Assembly (NCBI GenBank): GCA_028821675.1
Contig: JAPKFG010000003.1
Location: forward strand, 1-43,282
Source of the DNA: Candidatus Poseidoniales archaeon
GTDB lineage: Archaea; Thermoplasmatota; Poseidoniia; Poseidoniales; Thalassarchaeaceae
DNA length: 43,282 nt
Direction: 5' to 3'
The position numbers and the translations under genes were made by a program. Of this stretch, positions 37,360-43,282 are shown piece after piece (position 1 is the stretch's first letter; each line of letters begins with the position of its first letter). Under the pieces are notes generated by a model, which was not told the DNA's origin, ran no database searches, and saw only the letters and a list, made by a program, of their open reading frames with translations.

Positions 37360-37983
37360 ATGTCCGTTCTGCGCAGTCAAAAAACGATGAGCGTTGTCAT
37401 GGCGATACTTTTCGTATCGATGGCCATGCCAGGGTGTCTCTCTCTGGTGATTGGACGGGAAATGATGGAAAGTGCCAGAGGATTTCCGGAGGTCCGTGAA
37501 ATGAGTACACCCTTCGATCTTTCACACACATTCGTCATCGATGGTACTGAAGTAATTCCCACCCAAGTTCAGAAAACGATTACTGAACAGATTTCGATTG
37601 ATCACACTGTTCAGGAAATCATTATCAATTTCCAAACATCTGTAAATTATTACGCAGGTGAGTCAGATCAGCGTTATGTCCATGTTGAACTATTGTGGTG
37701 TGATGACAGTGGCGCCAATTGTGATACGTCCGATCCGATTTACGAAGTGCTGGCCGACAATGGCTCCTATCCGCAGACACGGACAGAATTGAATTGTAAT
37801 TTGGATTCATGCGACAGCGGTCTGTGGCGCTTGACTGTAGATGGTCGAGGTATGGGCACAGATACGGGCCTTGGTTTGCTTGATTTCCAAGATTCCTGGG
37901 TGCTTCGCGTCACCGTGATACGTCCCTGTCTCGCTTTCCCAGAAAGCCCTGAGGAATGTACACCCACGGTCGACTTTGAGTGA
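37360..37983 (+). CDS. Putative lipoprotein of unknown function
   Basis: Hydrophobic stretch followed by lipobox-like MPGC; acidic, Cys-rich mature part. Confidence 0.75.
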   Translation: MSVLRSQKTMSVVMAILFVSMAMPGCLSLVIGREMMESARGFPEVREMSTPFDLSHTFVIDGTEVIPTQVQKTITEQISIDHTVQEIIINFQTSVNYYAGESDQRYVHVELLWCDDSGANCDTSDPIYEVLADNGSYPQTRTELNCNLDSCDSGLWRLTVDGRGMGTDTGLGLLDFQDSWVLRVTVIRPCLAFPESPEECTPTVDFE

Positions 37984-39213
37984 TTAGACCAAACTCTGCG
38001 GACACATTTTCCGTCGCGAACAATTGCGACACTTACCTTTTCTTTCGTGGTTACGCTGTGCTCCACCCTCAACCATAAGGCGCTGAATTTCTTGTATTGA
38101 ATTCGCTAAATCAGCCTTCGCTAAATCATTCCATGGAACCGTAAACAAAGCCTCGCCCCCATAGCGTAGAATCCCATACTCAGGCATAGTGTCAGTCGTA
38201 GTACTCACCAGATGAAGATAGGCCAGTAATTGCATCCGATGACTATCATGTGGTTCGGCAGGAATCTTACCGGTCTTTTGTTCGACCGGGATGTATTGAT
38301 TGTCAATCTTCACGATTTGATCTGGTCGCCCTCGTACCCCAATCTCTTCATCGACGAGTAACGCAGCACTTTCTCCCGCATCATCACTGTAGGCTAAGAT
38401 GTCATTCTTTGCCAATCCAGTGTTTTTTCTTGCATCATCAGCCCCTCGTTCCGATGTCAGCACCCTGTGTAATTGCCATGATGTAAACAGCAACCATGCC
38501 AATGTGGCCACTATGAGAGCAAACGTCATAATGGTTCTATTTTGCGCCCAGTAAATCGCCAAACCGTGCAACGCAACGGCAATTGACGCCAATAACAATC
38601 GAGCTTCTGTGACTCCGCCTTTCCCGAAGTCACTGTCTTCTTCTGAATCAAACCCTGGATCGAATGGTGACATTATTTCTTCACTTTGCAATCCACTATT
38701 GCCGATGATTGGGGGTTGGGCCAATCCAAAAGGCCACCCTAACCATCGTCGCCAAGGCAAGGAGATGAGTATGATTGCCAACACCAGCCAAACCGCAGCC
38801 AACATGATGAGATAACGCCCCATGTCCTGAATGAATTCCTCAGGAATCGTGCCTTCACTGACGAAGAAGAAGGCTGCGGAATCGGCCGAAAGTGCGCATA
38901 ACACTGTAATCCACCAGGACCAAATTAGCAACTCACGCGAAACGTGCTCTTCGGATAGTTTGTATTCCTGCATTTTATTGTGAATTTGGTCGTGTGCAAG
39001 CATGCCTTTCTCAATCGCTTCACCTTCTCCACTAACACCGGCTTTCGACAATTGCCACGACACTGGGCAGTAGGTGTGCCGTTCCAGATCGGATGCAGAA
39101 ACGGGTAGAGGAAATCCCTTCAAATTCGTCCAATAACCGTCCTTTCGTTGTTTTCCTTCAGATATTGTTCCTGAAAGGTCCAAGGCGACTTCAACCGATT
39201 TATTCCCGCCCAT
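37984..39213 (-). CDS. Solo Cas4-like PD-(D/E)XK nuclease with four inserted transmembrane helices
   Basis: SASDLERHTYCP, G...H, GRPD, PVEQKTG, QLLAY, C-terminal CRNC-x5-C; four hydrophobic segments in between. Start is ATG 39213 or 39231. Confidence 0.88.
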   Translation of the reverse strand: MGGNKSVEVALDLSGTISEGKQRKDGYWTNLKGFPLPVSASDLERHTYCPVSWQLSKAGVSGEGEAIEKGMLAHDQIHNKMQEYKLSEEHVSRELLIWSWWITVLCALSADSAAFFFVSEGTIPEEFIQDMGRYLIMLAAVWLVLAIILISLPWRRWLGWPFGLAQPPIIGNSGLQSEEIMSPFDPGFDSEEDSDFGKGGVTEARLLLASIAVALHGLAIYWAQNRTIMTFALIVATLAWLLFTSWQLHRVLTSERGADDARKNTGLAKNDILAYSDDAGESAALLVDEEIGVRGRPDQIVKIDNQYIPVEQKTGKIPAEPHDSHRMQLLAYLHLVSTTTDTMPEYGILRYGGEALFTVPWNDLAKADLANSIQEIQRLMVEGGAQRNHERKGKCRNCSRRKMCPQSLV

Positions 39214-39382
39214 GGGGGAGAGAGAATCCATCGAAAGATAAGCATTCTTCCGTCATGTCTCGCTACTGCACTTTCTATTCACTATCGACCTTCTATTCGT
39301 GTGACTGCGTTGAAAAATCTCTCGTGCGCGAGCGAAGCGGTTATGAATAGGGGGTGGGTGGCGAGGCCGCTGAGGCAACATC

Positions 39383-39991
39383 ATGACCGATTCAATGCTA
39401 GTTCCTCATGAAACCTACGAGGTTCACAAGGTTCACATTGGTGCACTCCAGAAGAGTGCGGACATGAAACCCTTCCTCAGTGATGAACAAGGAGATGGCT
39501 CAGGTCTACATTTGATTGATTTGGAACATACCGATTCTCGAATGCGCATTGTATCCCAATTCCTCAATCGATACGACCCAAGTCGTATTCTTGTCGTCAG
39601 TGCACGACAGTATGGTCAGCGCCCTGCTCGTATGTTCGCTCAGTCAATCGGCGCCAAGCACATTGTTGGCCGATTCATTCCAGGCACGTTGACCAACCCC
39701 CTTCTTCGAACTTACATCGAGCCCGAACTCATCGTAGTGACCGACCCACAGGCGGATCAACAGTCACTCTCCGAAGCGGTCAGCAGTGGCATGCCAGTCG
39801 TCGCCATCTGTGATGCTAACAACACCCTTCGAAATGTTGATCTCTGCTTGCCAGCGAACAACAAGGGTCGCCAGAGTCTCTCCTTGATTTACTGGCTTCT
39901 TTCCCGTGAAGTTCTCAAGGCTCGCGGCACTATGGATGACGACACGTGGGCTACCATGCAAGACGTCGCCGATTGGGAATCCACTTTCTGA
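39383..39991 (+). CDS. rps2: 30S ribosomal protein S2 (uS2)
   Basis: VHIG..QKSADM, SARQYGQRP, GRFIPGTLTNP, TDP.AD.Q, VDL..PANNKGR.SL.LIYWLL.RE. Confidence 0.97.
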   Translation: MTDSMLVPHETYEVHKVHIGALQKSADMKPFLSDEQGDGSGLHLIDLEHTDSRMRIVSQFLNRYDPSRILVVSARQYGQRPARMFAQSIGAKHIVGRFIPGTLTNPLLRTYIEPELIVVTDPQADQQSLSEAVSSGMPVVAICDANNTLRNVDLCLPANNKGRQSLSLIYWLLSREVLKARGTMDDDTWATMQDVADWESTF

Positions 39992-40013
39992 GTCGACTCA
40001 GTGAGGTGGAATC

Positions 40014-41060
40014 ATGCCCAAACAAGTTCCATTGTTCCTCGCACCGATGTCTGGTGTCACCGATGTTGCATACCGATTGTTAGCACGAGAGGCTGGTGCT
40101 GATTTCACTTCGACAGAATTTACTGCGGCCAGTGGCCTCAGTCGTCAAGATACCAGATCGTGGGCCAAAGTTGAAACCCACCCTAGAGAAGCCCCGTTCA
40201 TTCCCCAAATTTTTGGTGGCATCGAAGATGAAATGGTCGAAACCGCTCGCTTACTATCGAAGAATGCTGACGTTATCGACCTCAATTTTGGCTGTCCAGC
40301 GCCCAAGGTCACCAAGACCTGTGCCGGCGCGGCGATGATGGCTAATCCAGACAATCTCATTTCGATGGTTGAACGCTGTATGGAAGCCAGCGAAGTCCCG
40401 GTCTCAGTGAAGATGCGATTGGGAACGAGTCAAGATGCCATAACTGTCTTTGAGATTGCTGAACGTTGCGCTCAACTCGGTGTCTTGCGTATTTGCGTTC
40501 ATGGCCGCACACTCTCTCAGAAATATCGTGGAGATGCCGATTGGGATATGATTCGTCAAGTGGTTGAGATTACAGAACCCTATGGAATCCCTGTCATCGC
40601 GAACGGTGACATCGTCGATGCAAATAGCGCAATCCGTTGCTTGGAAGAGACCGGGGCGTCAGGATTGATGATTGGCCGCGGTGCCATTGGCGATCCCTGC
40701 ATATTTGGGAGAATCAAGACCGAATTGGGTTGGGGTGATTTCGATGCACCTTGGGGTGATACAAATGAGGCTGGTCAGAAACACTGGGCTTGGAACCGCT
40801 ACGTCGAATTGGTCGACGAGATTGGTGGACCCTATGCAGCTCGCAACATGAAGCAACATGCCATCTCATTCACCAAGGGTCTGCCCGGTGGTCGTGAGTT
40901 GCGCCCGCACCTTCATGCCATCAAAGATTTCCGTTTGATTGGAAAACCTTTGAATATCGCCTTGGAGGCATTCTCCCAGCGCCGTCACAACACGTTGAAT
41001 GTGCCCGAAGCAATTGAAGCGGCAGCAACCGCTTCCGAGGCTGGAGGATGGCGTCGATGA
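40014..41060 (+). CDS. dus: tRNA-dihydrouridine synthase
   Basis: LAPMSGVTD..YR, QIFG, IDLNFGCP, PVSVKMRLG, VHGRT..Q.Y.G.ADW, ANGDI, MIGRGA.G.P. Confidence 0.94.
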   Translation: MPKQVPLFLAPMSGVTDVAYRLLAREAGADFTSTEFTAASGLSRQDTRSWAKVETHPREAPFIPQIFGGIEDEMVETARLLSKNADVIDLNFGCPAPKVTKTCAGAAMMANPDNLISMVERCMEASEVPVSVKMRLGTSQDAITVFEIAERCAQLGVLRICVHGRTLSQKYRGDADWDMIRQVVEITEPYGIPVIANGDIVDANSAIRCLEETGASGLMIGRGAIGDPCIFGRIKTELGWGDFDAPWGDTNEAGQKHWAWNRYVELVDEIGGPYAARNMKQHAISFTKGLPGGRELRPHLHAIKDFRLIGKPLNIALEAFSQRRHNTLNVPEAIEAAATASEAGGWRR

Positions 41061-42160
41061 GTGGCACCCTTCGGGGGTTGAAGGGAATCGGAACACTGTC
41101 GTTGATTTTCGTAGTGCTTCTGATTGTCCAGATGATATCTCCCTTTCTTGGTTGGGATGTTCCCGAAGTTGAGGAGGGTTTCGTGATTGATGAAGTGACT
41201 AACGGCCTTGGGGGCCCTGCCTGCCTTGAGTGGGTCTCCAATTACGACCTACTGGTTTGCGATCGTGATGGCGGCACAATCAAACTGTTGAATTTCGACA
41301 TCGATTCAAACGGTTGGAACTGGACACCGACGGACAGTAGTTTCACACTGCTTACGAACCTACACGAGCCCCATGACATTCTCATCCTTGATGACCACAT
41401 CCTCATCTCTGAGCGGGGCAAATTAACCCGCATCAATCAGACTAGCCTTGATCAAACTTTGAACCAGGCATCGCGTTGGGCGGTCATCGATGGTGTACCT
41501 ACGGGCAATCATCAGACGAACAATCTCGACATCATGCCCAATGGGACTGTGATTTGGCACGCAGGCTCAACCTGCAACATCTGCGATGAGGTCGATGAAC
41601 GCAATGCTGCACTGCTGTGGGTGGATTCGAGCACGGGAGAGCACGGCATCATTGCAAGTGGTGTGCGCAATTCGTTCCATGGTATATGGGTGCCCGACAT
41701 GGGTTACGTTTTCAGCGACAATGGTCGCGATTGGGAGGGTAATCATCCCCCGGAGGAGGTAAACCTCTTGATTGCTGGAAAGGATTACGGTTGGCCTGAC
41801 GATGACCCCGAACACCCGGTTCCGGAAGGAACCATTGGGCCGATTGCTACATGGACGCCTCACTCCAGCCTTAACAATCTGGCACACCGTCCACTGGACT
41901 CCCCGTTCCCTGGCGGCAATCACACCGTCTATGCCACCGTTTACGGCTCGTGGAATGCCATCAAACCCGTGGGTCATGAAATCGTCCGCATTGATTTCAC
42001 AGCGAATACTAGCGCCCCACAAGGTTGGGCATCCGAAACCTCGGTATTTGCATCAGATCTTAGTGCACCGCTACCGATTGCATTCCACCCCAGTGGGGAC
42101 CATCTGTTTTATGCGAACTTTCTAGACGATGGGACGCTATACGTAATTTCACAAAATTAA
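41057..42160 (+). CDS. Membrane-anchored PQQ-dependent sugar / sorbosone dehydrogenase-like beta-propeller protein
   Basis: N-terminal TM; GNHQT, GSTCNIC.E, ASG.RN, DNGRD, PEE.N, YGWP, PHSS. ATG 41057 overlaps the dus stop (ATGA) after GGAGG. Confidence 0.8.
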   Translation: MSGTLRGLKGIGTLSLIFVVLLIVQMISPFLGWDVPEVEEGFVIDEVTNGLGGPACLEWVSNYDLLVCDRDGGTIKLLNFDIDSNGWNWTPTDSSFTLLTNLHEPHDILILDDHILISERGKLTRINQTSLDQTLNQASRWAVIDGVPTGNHQTNNLDIMPNGTVIWHAGSTCNICDEVDERNAALLWVDSSTGEHGIIASGVRNSFHGIWVPDMGYVFSDNGRDWEGNHPPEEVNLLIAGKDYGWPDDDPEHPVPEGTIGPIATWTPHSSLNNLAHRPLDSPFPGGNHTVYATVYGSWNAIKPVGHEIVRIDFTANTSAPQGWASETSVFASDLSAPLPIAFHPSGDHLFYANFLDDGTLYVISQN

Positions 42161-42174
42161 TTATTAAGAAACTA
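42152..42174. terminator. AT-rich junction between convergent genes (possible bidirectional terminator)
   Basis: CAAAATTAATTATTAAGAAACTA spans both stop codons in otherwise moderate-GC sequence. Confidence 0.3.
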
Positions 42175-43269
42175 CTGAATTGCCTTTTCAAGTGTTTCTG
42201 CAACTCGCTTAATTCGTCTGAAAGTACGATCAGACTTTGCCAGCACACGCTCACAAACTTGACTGGACTTGGCACCACACAGGCGCCATCCGATTGGAAG
42301 TTTTCCACCTAGCATGTTGAGTAGAATCATTTGTTCGTTAGGAGCAATATCGGCGAATATTTTCTCACACTTCGCTACATTAAATGAATCATCGTTGAGA
42401 GCCTTGATTACTTTCTTGGCAACCTTCTCATCGATGCGAGAAAGTCCACCTTTTTTCATCAACCAATCACTACCTCGCCGTCCATGTTGTGCCTGAAGTG
42501 CAGACCACAAGGTGACTGGTAATCGGTCCAACCGTGGCACTCGCTCTGCAAGACCTGCGGCTCTGAATCTGTCCAAAGTACGTGTCAGTCGTGGCCTCGT
42601 TGTCCCCCAGTGCTCTAGGGCCTCGTCCAGTGAGAGGGGTGTATGGGCTGCTAGCAGATGTTCGAACATGAGGCGCCCCAGTGGTGCGCTACCATCTGCG
42701 GGTCGACGCACGCGATCACCCAGCAGCCCGAGATCGACTAGGAACGCATCCATTTCATCTTGGCCTTCAGTGAGTGGCACTCTTCCTCGAATTTGGATGT
42801 GGAACGGTGCATCGTCTTTCTTCTGTGAGGCGATGGACATTCTCGCTTCGCTCTCTGTCATCCATCCTTCAAGCGAGCGAAGACGTTGTTCTAACACTAG
42901 TCGCGCTTCTGCAGTCATAATCTCAACCGCATTGGAGAGTGATCCGTTGCGAAGATGATGTACTCGCCAACCATCTCGATTCACAGCCGCAGTGAGTCCA
43001 CATTCGTTGAGTTTGCCGAGCTGGTATTGGGTTGCGGTAGGTGACAGACCCAACTCATCACCCAATGTTTGGGCATCCCATCCTTGTCCTGGATTGGCAA
43101 GCATGTGTTCGCAAAAAATTCGATGGATGGGAGAATGCACTCCTTCACCAGTCCATTCGTCTCCTGTTCGTCGAACGAATTCCAGTGTATCCAACAACCA
43201 ACTGACCAGTTGATTGACGTCTCGGCTGCCCGCAGGTGCAGGTTGCTCGGCCAATCGCATGTTCAGCAT
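42172..43269 (-). CDS. Tandem winged helix-turn-helix (ArsR/TrmB-like) protein
   Basis: Two HTH-like units: WDAQTLGDELGLSPTATQYQLGKLNECGL and LSLDEALEHWGTTRPRLTRTLDRFRAAGLAER. Start is ATG 43269 or 43260. Confidence 0.75.
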   Translation of the reverse strand: MLNMRLAEQPAPAGSRDVNQLVSWLLDTLEFVRRTGDEWTGEGVHSPIHRIFCEHMLANPGQGWDAQTLGDELGLSPTATQYQLGKLNECGLTAAVNRDGWRVHHLRNGSLSNAVEIMTAEARLVLEQRLRSLEGWMTESEARMSIASQKKDDAPFHIQIRGRVPLTEGQDEMDAFLVDLGLLGDRVRRPADGSAPLGRLMFEHLLAAHTPLSLDEALEHWGTTRPRLTRTLDRFRAAGLAERVPRLDRLPVTLWSALQAQHGRRGSDWLMKKGGLSRIDEKVAKKVIKALNDDSFNVAKCEKIFADIAPNEQMILLNMLGGKLPIGWRLCGAKSSQVCERVLAKSDRTFRRIKRVAETLEKAIQ

Positions 43270-43282
43270 AGGTCATGCCCGG

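Noticed and set aside
37981-37986. Zero-gap convergent stops (TGATTA) as evidence that the Cas4-like gene was recently inserted
   Set aside because: No target-site duplication, terminal repeats or mobility genes; the same tight packing occurs at 31932-31937, consistent with a compact genome.
39273-39298. Direct repeat TTCTATTC x2 in the Cas4-like/rps2 divergent region
   Set aside because: Only 8 bp and two copies; compatible with chance and unsupported without comparative data.
37300-39382. Possible CRISPR-Cas locus around the Cas4-like gene
   Set aside because: No repeat-spacer array and no cas1, cas2 or effector genes seen; the flanks are a lipoprotein gene and rps2.

Overview
Core-genome window of an archaeon that looks like Marine Group II Thermoplasmatota (Poseidoniales). 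This is inferred from the gene families, an intron-containing tRNA-Tyr, GGTGA-type Shine-Dalgarno sites and large acidic surface proteins. In order: ftsZ2-type gene (minus strand, truncated, missing from the ORF track), tRNA-Tyr(GUA) with a 32-nt intron, rpl15e, a PRC-barrel protein, RNase Z, and a ~15 kb run of five surface/membrane genes (PKD protein, ~1470-aa unknown, small membrane protein, S8 protease, Ig-repeat protein). Then come a complete complex I-like operon nuoABCDHI-J1-J2-KLMN without nuoEFG, aIF1A-rio1 with a convergent dim2/pno1, two divergent CARDB-type surface proteins, a lipoprotein, a membrane-embedded solo Cas4-like nuclease, rps2, dus, a PQQ/sorbosone dehydrogenase-like protein and a tandem winged-HTH protein. 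No CRISPR array, rRNA or mobile element was seen. Most notable: (1) rio1 appears to start at a non-canonical ATC behind a strong SD fused to the aIF1A stop; (2) a Cas4-like nuclease carries four TM helices inside its Fe-S staple; (3) an extracellular subtilase has a cytoplasmic RING/PHD-like finger, one of three surface-TM-zinc-finger proteins; (4) an SH3-like insertion lies between the Fe-S motifs of NuoI; (5) a three-way-junction element precedes nuoA. All family calls are from motif recognition by eye; no searches were run.
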